From contig JACQEH010000025.1 of NCBI GenBank assembly GCA_016200675.1, forward strand, positions 1 through 44,022: a DNA stretch of 44,022 nt, read 5' to 3'. Under the pieces are notes generated by a model. That model searched no databases and was not told the origin of the DNA. It worked only from the letters and a program-made list of their open reading frames with translations. Made by a program: the position numbers and the translations under genes. The stretch comes from Chloroflexota bacterium (GTDB lineage: Bacteria > Chloroflexota > Limnocylindria > Limnocylindrales > CSP1-4). Below are positions 21,770 to 29,984 of the stretch, one piece after another (the stretch's first letter is position 1; each line of letters starts with the position of its first letter).

Positions 21770-22703
21770 GGGTCGACCCGAGCGGGATGCCGTCGACGAG
21801 GTAGATCCCGGTCGGGCCGGAGACGACGATGTCGTAGGTCCGTCCGCCGGTATATGGGAGGAGGTCGGCTGCCCGAACGACCGAGCCGCCCACGCGGTCG
21901 CCGGGACGGACGTCGCCGACGCGGCGACCGTCCGCGAGCGGATGACCGGGTGAGGCGGTGACGGTGCGGCCATCGGCCAGGAGCAGGCGGACCACCATGT
22001 GGCTCGCCGGGGCCGGCATCGAGCCGAGCGCGATCACCGTCGCGGCGAGGCGGCGTCCGTCGGCATCGAGCGTCCAGACCGGGTCGCCGATGCGGAGCTC
22101 CTCGACGGCGATCCGTCCCCCCGGCCCGTCGATCCGCGTGCCGCGGGCCAGGCAGATGGGGCAGTTCGGTGCGCCGGCCGCGGCCTGCTGCTCGACCGTG
22201 ATCACGCCCGAGGTCGTGATCCTGCCTGCGGTCCTGGTGCCCTGCGCGCCCCCGGAGACGGGCTGGGCGAGGTAGTCGAAGCGGTAGGTGTCGTTGCCGA
22301 TGGGGTTGAGGGCGATCGCCCGGAGCGCCTTCCAGGCTTGATACACGGCGAGCTCCTGCTCGTCCGAGAACGACGTCACCGCCTCGAGGCCCAGCCGGAC
22401 GACGATCGACCGGAACGCCCCGGCGTCGGCCTGGACTTCCGGCCAGCGTGTCTTCGCGCTCTCGACCTCATCGGCGCGCTGGATCGGGTAGAAGTCGGGA
22501 TCGCAGTACCAGAGCGGACCGTAGGTCGCGACGAGCTGCAGCTTGAGCTCCGGCGGCGAGAGCGCCGGTCCCGGCGTGGCCGTGGAACCAGGCGCCTGCG
22601 ACGGCGCGGGGCTGCCGGCGTCGGGCGTCGCGAGGAGGGAACAGCCGGCGACCGCAATGATCGCCAGCAGCAGGCCCGCCAGATTTCGTGCGTCCCGGTG
22701 CAT
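21759..22703 (-). CDS. lipoprotein with an unknown N-terminal domain and a C-terminal Hint (Hedgehog/intein-like) domain
   Basis: ATG 22703 gives MHRDARNLAGLLLAIIAVAG|CSLL, a lipobox signal. The C-terminal Hint blocks are CLARGTRIDGPGGRIAVEELRIGDPV, TASPGHPL and TYDIVVSGPTGIYLVDG. Confidence 0.75.
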   Translation of the reverse strand: MHRDARNLAGLLLAIIAVAGCSLLATPDAGSPAPSQAPGSTATPGPALSPPELKLQLVATYGPLWYCDPDFYPIQRADEVESAKTRWPEVQADAGAFRSIVVRLGLEAVTSFSDEQELAVYQAWKALRAIALNPIGNDTYRFDYLAQPVSGGAQGTRTAGRITTSGVITVEQQAAAGAPNCPICLARGTRIDGPGGRIAVEELRIGDPVWTLDADGRRLAATVIALGSMPAPASHMVVRLLLADGRTVTASPGHPLADGRRVGDVRPGDRVGGSVVRAADLLPYTGGRTYDIVVSGPTGIYLVDGIPLGSTLRP

Positions 22704-22851
22704 GGGTGGCAGACGCCCTGATTGTCCTTCGGGTTCCGACGACGTGACAGTCGTCGACGTCGCGTCGTAACAGGATCCGACGCCGGGCGTCCCCCATAGA
22801 CCCAACCGCCCGGAAGTTCCGGCGGATGCGAGGTTACCGGAGGGTCCACCA

Positions 22852-23235
22852 ATGGAGCTCGGGCGGATCGGCATCTGGCTGCTCGCGGTCGGGTTCGCGA
22901 TCGTCGCGGCGGGCTACCTCCTCATGGTCCTGGCGATCCCCAACGGCAATCTCGTGGCCGGGATCGGCATCGTCGTCATCGCCGCGGGAGCCGCGGCGCT
23001 ATGCGTCGCACCTCGACCACCATTCACGGGTAGGATCGCCCGGCTCGGGTTGGGAACGCTTGCCGCGGGAGCGGCCTGCCTTGAGGTGGCCAGCGTCATC
23101 GCGGCCGGGATGACCTTCGATCCGCTCGAGAGCATGCCGGTGGTCGTGTTCGGCCTGATCGGCCTGGCCCTCACGCCGATCGGCGTGCTCTTGACGCTGT
23201 TCGCCCTGGTCCGGCGGTTCGCTAGTCGATCGTGA
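22852..23235 (+). CDS. hypothetical small integral membrane protein (about 4 TM)
   Basis: RBS GGAGGG lies 6 nt upstream of ATG 22852. The 127-aa Gly/Ala/Ile/Leu-rich hydrophobic product belongs to no family I recognise. Its 3' end overlaps the convergent deoC by 14 nt. Confidence 0.5.
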   Translation: MELGRIGIWLLAVGFAIVAAGYLLMVLAIPNGNLVAGIGIVVIAAGAAALCVAPRPPFTGRIARLGLGTLAAGAACLEVASVIAAGMTFDPLESMPVVVFGLIGLALTPIGVLLTLFALVRRFASRS

Positions 23236-24205
23236 AGTTGTCGGGGCCCTGGTAGCGGCCGGTCCGCTCCTTCTCGATCTGCATCAGGACGTCGTTGAGG
23301 AGGCTCGAGGCGCCGAAGCGGAAGCGCTCGGGCGTCATCCAGCGCGGCCCGAGGGTCTCGTACAGGACGACGAGGTACTGGATCGCCTCCTTGGCCGTCC
23401 GGATCCCGCCGGCCGGCTTCATCCCGACCGCCCGGCCGGTCGCCTTCTCGAAGTCACGGATGGCCTCGAGCATCACGAGGGTCACGGGCAGGGTGGCCGC
23501 CGGCGTGACCTTGCCGGTCGAGGTCTTGATGAAGTCGGCGCCGGCGGCCATCGCCAGGATCGACGCCCGTCGCACGTTGTCATAGGTCTCGAGCTCGCCG
23601 GTCTCGAGGATGACCTTGAGATGGGACTCGCCGCAGGCGTCCTTGATCTCGACGATCTCGTCGAAGACGGCCCCGTAGTCGCCGCCCAGGAAGGCTCCGC
23701 GGTCGATGACCATGTCGACCTCGTCGGCGCCGGCGGCGACGGCGGCCCGGACCTCGGCCACCTTGATGTCACGGAAGGTCTGGCCCGAGGGAAAGCCCGT
23801 CGCTACGCTGGCGACCCGGACGGTCGAGCCCTTCAGGGCGTCCTTGGCGTCGGCGATCAGTGCCGGGTAGACGCAGATCGCCGCGACCGAGGGGATCGTG
23901 GGGTCGCCCGGCTGCGGGTGAATCGCCTTCTGACAGAGGGCCCGGATCTTGCCCGCGGTGTCCTTTCCCTCGAGCGTGGTGAGATCCATCATCCGGATCG
24001 CGAGGTCGAGGGCCCAGAGCTTCGAGGCCTTCTTGATGGAACGCTTCTTCAGGCCGTCGACGCGCTGCTCGACCCCGACCTGGTCGACGGCCGTCAGCCG
24101 CCCGAGGACCGAGCCGAGAGGCCCCGGCCGGCCGCCAGCCCACGCGCGAACCAGCTCGCTGGCGCGCTCGCGGGTGAGGGTGTCGGGGCGGTGGGCCGTG
24201 GCCAT
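23222..24205 (-). CDS. deoC: deoxyribose-phosphate aldolase (long, actinobacterial-type form)
   Basis: Motifs AAICVYPALI, VATGFPSGQ, ADEVDMVIDRG, LKVILETGEL and ADFIKTSTGK (Schiff-base Lys) are present. The product is 327 aa. Confidence 0.92.
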   Translation of the reverse strand: MATAHRPDTLTRERASELVRAWAGGRPGPLGSVLGRLTAVDQVGVEQRVDGLKKRSIKKASKLWALDLAIRMMDLTTLEGKDTAGKIRALCQKAIHPQPGDPTIPSVAAICVYPALIADAKDALKGSTVRVASVATGFPSGQTFRDIKVAEVRAAVAAGADEVDMVIDRGAFLGGDYGAVFDEIVEIKDACGESHLKVILETGELETYDNVRRASILAMAAGADFIKTSTGKVTPAATLPVTLVMLEAIRDFEKATGRAVGMKPAGGIRTAKEAIQYLVVLYETLGPRWMTPERFRFGASSLLNDVLMQIEKERTGRYQGPDNFTID

Positions 24206-24254
24206 GGGAGGTGAGGATAGCGCCGATCGGCGGCGCGGCGAGGCGCGTCACCCT

Positions 24255-24625
24255 GGTTCGGGCACCTTCGATGACCGGCAGTCGCGAGTTTCGGGCCAAC
24301 GCCGCGGACCCGGGTCTGGCCGGGTCGGAGCCGATGACTGGCGGTCACGATTCCCTGGTGCCGTTCGCCCGGGGACCCCAACCATGCCGAGGCGATGTGC
24401 GGCAGGCATCGATTCCGTATCGCGCCGCGCCAGCCTGGCCGCGGACCCCCCGATCGATGCGCGGCGGGCATCGCCGGGCGCCGTGACCAGGGGTGGCGAG
24501 GCATCCGACCCCACGCCGTCCCAGGTTCGATGACTCTGCGTCATCAAAGCCCCGTGGCGGCCGACGGCGCCGGGCCGTGCGGCGACGCGAGGCCCGATTC
24601 GATGATTCGCGGGCATCGCGACCCG
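24255..24625. repeat. six-unit degenerate tandem repeat (61-73 nt period), each unit carrying a CGATG-N9-CATCG-type hairpin
   Basis: The hairpin cores lie at 24269-24286, 24332-24349, 24393-24411, 24455-24473, 24528-24545 and 24600-24618. Three are exact CGATG-N9-CATCG and one is GATGAC-N5-GTCATC. The spacers share GCCGCGGACCC (24301-24311 and 24438-24448). Confidence 0.7.
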
Positions 24626-24630
24626 ACGAC

Positions 24631-26793
24631 CTAGTTGTGGTCCCCGTGGCGGGTCCGCGGCTTCGGCGGCAGGCGGCGCTTCCCCTCGACGAGGAAGTGG
24701 CGGAACCAATCCCGGACCTGGACCAGGTTCTCCGACCGTCGGAACGGCGTCCCGGAGCGGGTCAGCTCGTGGGACTCACCGACCACGCGCATGAGGCGGA
24801 CCGGTCGCCGGTGGCGGCGCAGGACGGCGAAGAGTGCCTCGGCCTGCCCGAGCGTCGTGCGCAGGTCCTGCTCGGCGTGCTGGATGAGGAGCGGGGTCCG
24901 GATGGCCGCCGCGTAGGTGATCGGCGACTGCCGGCGGAAGAGATCCGGATCGTCCCAGGGAAACGCCCCGAACTCGTACAGCGGCCAGTCCGTGCCCGAG
25001 AGGTCCCCCGTCAGCATCAGCATCGTCAGGTCGTTGACCGAGCGGCAGGTGATGGCGGCCGCAAAGCGCTGGTCGTGGCCCACGATCCAGCTCGTGAGGT
25101 AGCCGCCGTACGAACCGCCGGTGACACCCAGGCGGGCCGGGTCGGCCAGGCCGTCGGCAACGAGGGCGTCGACACCGGCCAGGACGTCGCGGGTCGGCCC
25201 CTCGCCCCAATCGGCGATGTTGGCCTCGTTGAAGGTCCGCCCGTACCCCTCCGAGCCGCGGGGGTTGCAGTAGAAGACGGACATGCCGGCGCCGGCCAGG
25301 ACCTGGAACTCCCAGAACGGCGTCCAGCCATACAGGGTGTGGGGTCCACCGTGGATCTCGACGACGGTCGGTTGCGGGCTGGGGCCCGCGGCGATGAGCC
25401 AGCCCTGGATCTCGTGCCCGTCCACGGTCACGGACCGCTCCACCGCGGGCCGCAGCTCGATCTCGTCGAGGACGGCCTCGTTGAGGGCCGTCAGCGGCGA
25501 GAAGTGGAGGTCCCCTGCGGCCGATCGGCGCGCTCCCCCGGCAGCCAGCGTCGCGACGTAGAGGTCCGGCATCTGCGTGTCGGTCGATCGGATGGCGACG
25601 ATGTCGATGCCCCGCGGTCCGCGATCGCGGAGGTCGAAGGCCGAGAGGTAGTGATGGCCTGTCGTCAGGCGTCGAAGGCCGCCATCGGCCACGTCGAGGC
25701 GCCACAGCTCCATCGCCCCGCGATGAGGCGCCAGGAAGAGCACGCCGGCCCCGCCCTCGATCGGACGGAGGTGCGGCGCTTCGCCGGCCGTGACGTCGCT
25801 GTTCATCGTCGAGGCCGGCATGACGTCCTGGCCGTCGGTGAGGGTGCGCCCGCCCCGGGCTTCCGAACCGTCGGCAAAGAAGCGCCAGATGCCGGCCCCG
25901 TAGTAGGCGTGGGGAGCGGTCCCGCCGAGAGCCACGATGGACGCGTCGTCGAGCCAGGCCGGGCCGAAGAAGAGCCCGTCCGGGTGGTCGGCGACCGGTG
26001 TCGTCCGCCCGGACGCAACCTCGACGCAGAGGATGCGACTGGACGACTTCAGGTCGCGATCGCGCGTCCCGGACGTGGAGAAGGCGATGCGCCGCCCATC
26101 GGGCGACCAGGCGAGGTCGCCGACGCCGCCGGGGACATCGGTCAGACGCCGTGCGCCGCCGCTGGCGGCATCCACCAGCCACACCTGCGGGATCTGGTTG
26201 GCGATGATCCCGGGCCCGTTGAGCTCGTACCCGAGGCGATCGAAGTACCAATAGTCGCTGGGCAGCGGCGCGCCGGGCATTGGCTCCGGAAGCCGCCGCC
26301 GGAGGCGATCGTCGGTCGCCCGATCCGGCCCGCGGGAGGTCGAGAGGACGGCCAGCTGCGTCCCGTCGGGCGACCACTCGAGGGCCGTCACGCCGCGCGG
26401 CAGGTCCGACAGCCGGCGGGCCTCACCGGGCCGGTCGAGGGGCAGGAGATACACCTGGACCCGGTCCTCGCGGTCCTTGGCGGCCGTCGGCTCCTCCTCG
26501 ACGTGGAGGCGCCGATTGCTCAGGAAGGCAAGGGTCCGACCGTCAGGCGAGATTCGCGGCGAACTCTCGTGGCGACCGGCCGTGGTGAGGCGCCGAGGGG
26601 CCTCCCCCGGGATCGGGCGGCCGTCCTCGAGGCGCACCGACCAGAGCGCCGAGTGGTAGGCGTCGTGGGCGCCGGCGACCTCCTGGAGGACGAAGACGGC
26701 GAGGTCGCCGTCGGCGGCGAGGCGCGGATCCGTCGGGATGCGGAGGCGCGGCTGGTCCTCAGGGCGAGGCGGGCGACGGGCAGGTGCGATCAC
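24631..26793 (-). CDS. S9-family serine peptidase with an N-terminal TolB-like beta-propeller (acylaminoacyl-peptidase type)
   Basis: A 720-aa product with a GTG start. Propeller repeats are present (SPRISPDGRTLAF, WSPDGTQLAV, WSPDGRRIAF). The catalytic residues are Ser in VTGGSYGGYL, Asp in IQHAEQDLRT and His in VVGESHEL. Confidence 0.9.
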   Translation of the reverse strand: MIAPARRPPRPEDQPRLRIPTDPRLAADGDLAVFVLQEVAGAHDAYHSALWSVRLEDGRPIPGEAPRRLTTAGRHESSPRISPDGRTLAFLSNRRLHVEEEPTAAKDREDRVQVYLLPLDRPGEARRLSDLPRGVTALEWSPDGTQLAVLSTSRGPDRATDDRLRRRLPEPMPGAPLPSDYWYFDRLGYELNGPGIIANQIPQVWLVDAASGGARRLTDVPGGVGDLAWSPDGRRIAFSTSGTRDRDLKSSSRILCVEVASGRTTPVADHPDGLFFGPAWLDDASIVALGGTAPHAYYGAGIWRFFADGSEARGGRTLTDGQDVMPASTMNSDVTAGEAPHLRPIEGGAGVLFLAPHRGAMELWRLDVADGGLRRLTTGHHYLSAFDLRDRGPRGIDIVAIRSTDTQMPDLYVATLAAGGARRSAAGDLHFSPLTALNEAVLDEIELRPAVERSVTVDGHEIQGWLIAAGPSPQPTVVEIHGGPHTLYGWTPFWEFQVLAGAGMSVFYCNPRGSEGYGRTFNEANIADWGEGPTRDVLAGVDALVADGLADPARLGVTGGSYGGYLTSWIVGHDQRFAAAITCRSVNDLTMLMLTGDLSGTDWPLYEFGAFPWDDPDLFRRQSPITYAAAIRTPLLIQHAEQDLRTTLGQAEALFAVLRRHRRPVRLMRVVGESHELTRSGTPFRRSENLVQVRDWFRHFLVEGKRRLPPKPRTRHGDHN

Positions 26794-26869
26794 GGGGTGT
26801 CGGCTCCGGCATGGGGTGCCCGCGCGCGCGGGCGACGCCGCCGAGTCTAGCGACTACCATCGCCGGGCG

Positions 26870-27637
26870 ATGACCGACCAGCTCTCGCTGCGGCTCGACG
26901 CGGCCCTGCCGAACCCGCCGTCGAACCTGCGCCCGATGCTGGCCCGATCGGCCGCCGAGCCCTTCGATTCGCCCGACCACCTCTTCGAGCCGTCGTGGGG
27001 CGGCCGCCGGACCTTCGTCATCATCGGACCGGCTGCGCGCCCGGGAGCAGGCGACGTCACGTTCGTCGACGCCTCGGGCGACAGCCTCGCCACGGTGCCG
27101 CCGGAGCTGGAGGGACTCGCCGTTCGCCTTGCCGCCCGGTCGGCCATCCTCGACGGCGAGCTGGTCGTGGTCGACGCCGCAGGCAGGGCGGATGCCGCCG
27201 AGCTCGAGCGCCGGCTCTCGGGCGAACCCGGACGGCCTGTGGCCTTCCTGGCCTTCGACCTCCTCCATCTCGACGGCCGCTCGCTCCTCGGCCTCCCGCT
27301 CGAGAAGCGGCGGGACGCGATGCGCCGCGTCCTCCATCCCGCCGACGAGGTCCTCGTCGTGCCGGCGATCCCCGGCGAGGGCCGGGCACTCTTCGATGCG
27401 GTCGCGGCGCAGGGCCTGCCGGGCATCCTGGGGAGGGATCGCCGGAGCCCCTACCTGCCGGGCGTCCGGAGCCGTCTGTGGCGATTCATCGCCGTCCGGA
27501 CGGCGTCACCCGAGATCGGCGAAACCACCACTCCGTCGCCCGACGGCGGCGTCGGGGCGACCCCGGGCCCGGCGCCCGTCCTGGCCCTCATCCGGCGCCT
27601 CCCGCTCGGCTTCGATCCGACGGGCGACCTCGACTGA
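26870..27637 (+). CDS. ATP-dependent DNA ligase-like adenylation-domain protein with catalytic lysines replaced (probable pseudo-enzyme)
   Basis: ATG 26870 gives a product that is LigD/LigC-like throughout (MLARSAAEPF, FLAFDLLHLDGRSLLGLPLEKRR, SPYLPGVRSRLW). Motif I instead reads EPSWGGRR, motif IV reads PGILGR and motif V reads WRFIAV. There is no OB domain. Confidence 0.75.
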   Translation: MTDQLSLRLDAALPNPPSNLRPMLARSAAEPFDSPDHLFEPSWGGRRTFVIIGPAARPGAGDVTFVDASGDSLATVPPELEGLAVRLAARSAILDGELVVVDAAGRADAAELERRLSGEPGRPVAFLAFDLLHLDGRSLLGLPLEKRRDAMRRVLHPADEVLVVPAIPGEGRALFDAVAAQGLPGILGRDRRSPYLPGVRSRLWRFIAVRTASPEIGETTTPSPDGGVGATPGPAPVLALIRRLPLGFDPTGDLD

Positions 27638-27644
27638 CGCCCGC

Positions 27645-28964
27645 CTAGCCGTCCGGCGAGAGGACCGCGCGGAGGATCCGCCGCGGCCCGGGCCGCTGAC
27701 CGTACAGGAGGACCCCCGCCGCGTAGACCCGGATAGCGAGGCCCGCGACGAGCCCGATAGCGGCCACCAGCAGCCCATAGGCGAGGATCAGCTCCCAGGG
27801 CTGGACCCGTCCCACCGTCAGCCGCGTGAACATCACGAAGGGGCTCCAGAAGGGCACGAACGACGAGATCCGCATGAACGTGGAGAGGCCGCCCGAGAGG
27901 GCGAGGACGGCCTGGAGGTAGCCGGCGATCCCGAGCAGGCTCATCGGCAGGGCGATGACCTGGAGGTCCTCGACCCGGCTGACGAGCGACCCGGCCGCGG
28001 CGTAGATGAGGGCATAGAGGGTGAAGCCCAGGACGAAGAAGAGGCCGTAGGCGACGAACAGCTCGGGGGTGATGCCCTCGAGGGGCGGCGTCAGCCCCGA
28101 CTTCAGGCCGAGGGCTTCGCCAATGGGCCGCTGCAGCGCCAGGGCCAGGAGGGCCGGCACCAGGATCGTGGCGTACTGGAGGAGCCCCGCCAGCCCGATC
28201 CCGAGGACCTTGCCGAGGACGAGCTGGCGCGGCGAGGCGGCGCTGATGAGGAGCTCCATGACCCGCGTTTCCTTCTCCGCCGCCACGCCCGCGGCCACCC
28301 ACATGCCGTAGATGACCATCGTCAGGAAGAGCACGACGACGAGGACGGTGCCGAGGAGCTGGCGACTGGCGATCTGGGCTGCGCCCAGCGGCGCCCCGCC
28401 GACGTTCGGCCCGGCCCCCGCCACCACGTCCAGGTTGGGCGGGATGAACGGCGCCCCGCCCGACGGCTTGACGAGATCGGTCCACTCCAGGAAGGCCACG
28501 GCGAAGGTCCCGATGGCCACGAACTGCGTCCGGTCCGCTCCCAGGCCCTGGCCCGTGAGGAAGGTGAAGTCGAGGCGGCCCGAGGTGTCACGCGTGGCGA
28601 TGAGCGCCCCGTCGACGCGGCCGTCGCCGACCTCGGCGTTGACGAGGTCGCGGTTCATCTCGGTCCGAAAGACCCACGAGCTGGCCGACCCGCCACCGGA
28701 CGTGGCAAGGACGCCGCGCATGATCGACGACGTCCGCGCGGCAAGCTCGACGTCGTCGGCGACGATCGCGATCGTCGTCGTGGTGTCGCGGTCGACGAGG
28801 CGGATGATGATCGGCAGGAAGGCCACCAACATCGCCAGGAGCGCCAGGAGCACCGTGGAGCCCGCGTAGGGCCGGCTCTTCACCCGCTCGAGGAACTCCC
28901 GCCTGGCGACGATCCGGGTGTTCGGGAAGGTCGGGTCGAGGCGCGTCTCGACGGGGGCGGTCAT
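27645..28964 (-). CDS. ABC-2 type transporter permease (NatB-like)
   Basis: ATG 28964 overlaps the ATPase stop (ATGA). The product starts [33 protein letters not shown]... A large extracytoplasmic loop follows TM1 and a C-terminal cluster of about 5 TM is present, which is the NatB/YhaP architecture. Confidence 0.85.
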   Translation of the reverse strand: MTAPVETRLDPTFPNTRIVARREFLERVKSRPYAGSTVLLALLAMLVAFLPIIIRLVDRDTTTTIAIVADDVELAARTSSIMRGVLATSGGGSASSWVFRTEMNRDLVNAEVGDGRVDGALIATRDTSGRLDFTFLTGQGLGADRTQFVAIGTFAVAFLEWTDLVKPSGGAPFIPPNLDVVAGAGPNVGGAPLGAAQIASRQLLGTVLVVVLFLTMVIYGMWVAAGVAAEKETRVMELLISAASPRQLVLGKVLGIGLAGLLQYATILVPALLALALQRPIGEALGLKSGLTPPLEGITPELFVAYGLFFVLGFTLYALIYAAAGSLVSRVEDLQVIALPMSLLGIAGYLQAVLALSGGLSTFMRISSFVPFWSPFVMFTRLTVGRVQPWELILAYGLLVAAIGLVAGLAIRVYAAGVLLYGQRPGPRRILRAVLSPDG

Positions 28965-29932
28965 GCGGCCGGCTCGTCGGCGATGGCGGGGCGGTCGGCC
29001 GCCACCGGGGCCAGCGTGTCGTCCTCGTCCGCGGGGTGGCCGACGAGCTCGATGAAGACCTGCTCCAGGGTCGGGTCGGCGACCTCGAAGTGGCGGACGC
29101 GGACGCCGTGCGCCACCGCCGCGGCGAGGATCGCCTCGGGCTCCGTGCCCGGCTCCAGGTCCAGCTCCACCCGGTCGATGCCGGGGCGCAGGATCCGGAC
29201 CCCCGGAAGGCTCGCGACCCAGTCGAGCTGGTGGCTGCCCTCGACCGCGAGGATCACGCTCTGGCGCCCCGTCGAGCGCTTGACCTCGAGGATCGGCCCG
29301 CTGACCACGGCCCGGCCCTTGTCGAGGATCGCGATCGACTCGCACATGGCCTCAACCGTCTCCATCTGGTGGGTCGAGAGGACGATGGTCTTGCCCCGGT
29401 CACGAAGCTCCAGGATCGCCTGCCGGAGGAGGACGACGTTGACCGGGTCGAGGCCGGTGAAGGGCTCGTCGAGGAGGAGGATGTCCGGGTCGTGGAGGAC
29501 CGCGGCCAGGAACTGGACCTTCTGCTGGTTGCCCTTGGACAGCTCGCCCGCGCGGCGGCTCGCGAAGTCGGGGACGTGCAGCCGGGTGAGCCAGGCCCGC
29601 GCTTCACGGGTCGCGCCGTCGAGCGACAGCCCCTGGAGGCGGGCAAAGAAGACGAGCTGGTCCAGGACGGTCATCTTCGGATAGAGGCCGCGCTCCTCGG
29701 GCAGGTAGCCCCACGTGGCGCGCCGCAGGTGGCGGTGGTCGGTGCCACGCCAGGTGATCGTCCCCGCGTCTGCCCGGAGCACGCCGAGGGCGATCCGCAT
29801 CGTCGTCGTCTTGCCGGCGCCGTTGGCCCCGAGGAAGCCGAAGACGTGCCCGGCCGGGATCTCCAGGGACAGCGCGTCGAGGGCCTGGATATGGCCGAAG
29901 CGCTTGCTGAGGCCGGTGATCACGAGGTGCAT
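28961..29932 (-). CDS. ABC transporter ATP-binding protein (NatA-like)
   Basis: Motifs present are Walker [11 protein letters not shown], the signature-like [10 protein letters not shown], Walker [13 protein letters not shown] and the H-loop STHQ. Confidence 0.92.
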   Translation of the reverse strand: MHLVITGLSKRFGHIQALDALSLEIPAGHVFGFLGANGAGKTTTMRIALGVLRADAGTITWRGTDHRHLRRATWGYLPEERGLYPKMTVLDQLVFFARLQGLSLDGATREARAWLTRLHVPDFASRRAGELSKGNQQKVQFLAAVLHDPDILLLDEPFTGLDPVNVVLLRQAILELRDRGKTIVLSTHQMETVEAMCESIAILDKGRAVVSGPILEVKRSTGRQSVILAVEGSHQLDWVASLPGVRILRPGIDRVELDLEPGTEPEAILAAAVAHGVRVRHFEVADPTLEQVFIELVGHPADEDDTLAPVAADRPAIADEPAA

Positions 29933-29984
29933 GGGGCCGAGGATAGCCCGGATTCCGGGCGCAGCCCGTGGGCCGATGGTCCGG

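Noticed and set aside
21759-22703. The Hint module read as a genuine splicing intein or a polymorphic-toxin PT-HINT.
   Set aside because: There is no C-extein, no terminal His-Asn and no homing endonuclease. No downstream toxin domain or immunity gene is present. The Hint domain is the extreme C-terminus.
24520-24550. GGTTCGATGAC resembles a tRNA T-arm (GGTTCGAAT), raising the idea of a tRNA or tRNA remnant.
   Set aside because: I could not build an acceptor stem, D-arm or anticodon arm around it. The motif is simply part of the repeat unit, also seen as CTTCGATGAC and ATTCGATGAT.
24255-24625. Possibility that the periodic repeat is a CRISPR array.
   Set aside because: The repeat cores are short (about 19 nt) and degenerate, and the spacers share sequence with each other. 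The period varies between 61 and 73 nt, and no cas genes are in the window.
24248-24709. A 153-aa minus-strand ORF across the deoC-upstream gap containing recurring MPANHRIG / MTQSHRTW / MPAAHRLG peptides.
   Set aside because: The same peptide motif reappears in a different frame (ORF 24094..24504: MPAAHRSG, VTASHRLR). The repetition is therefore at the DNA level, from the hairpin repeat, and not a repeat protein.
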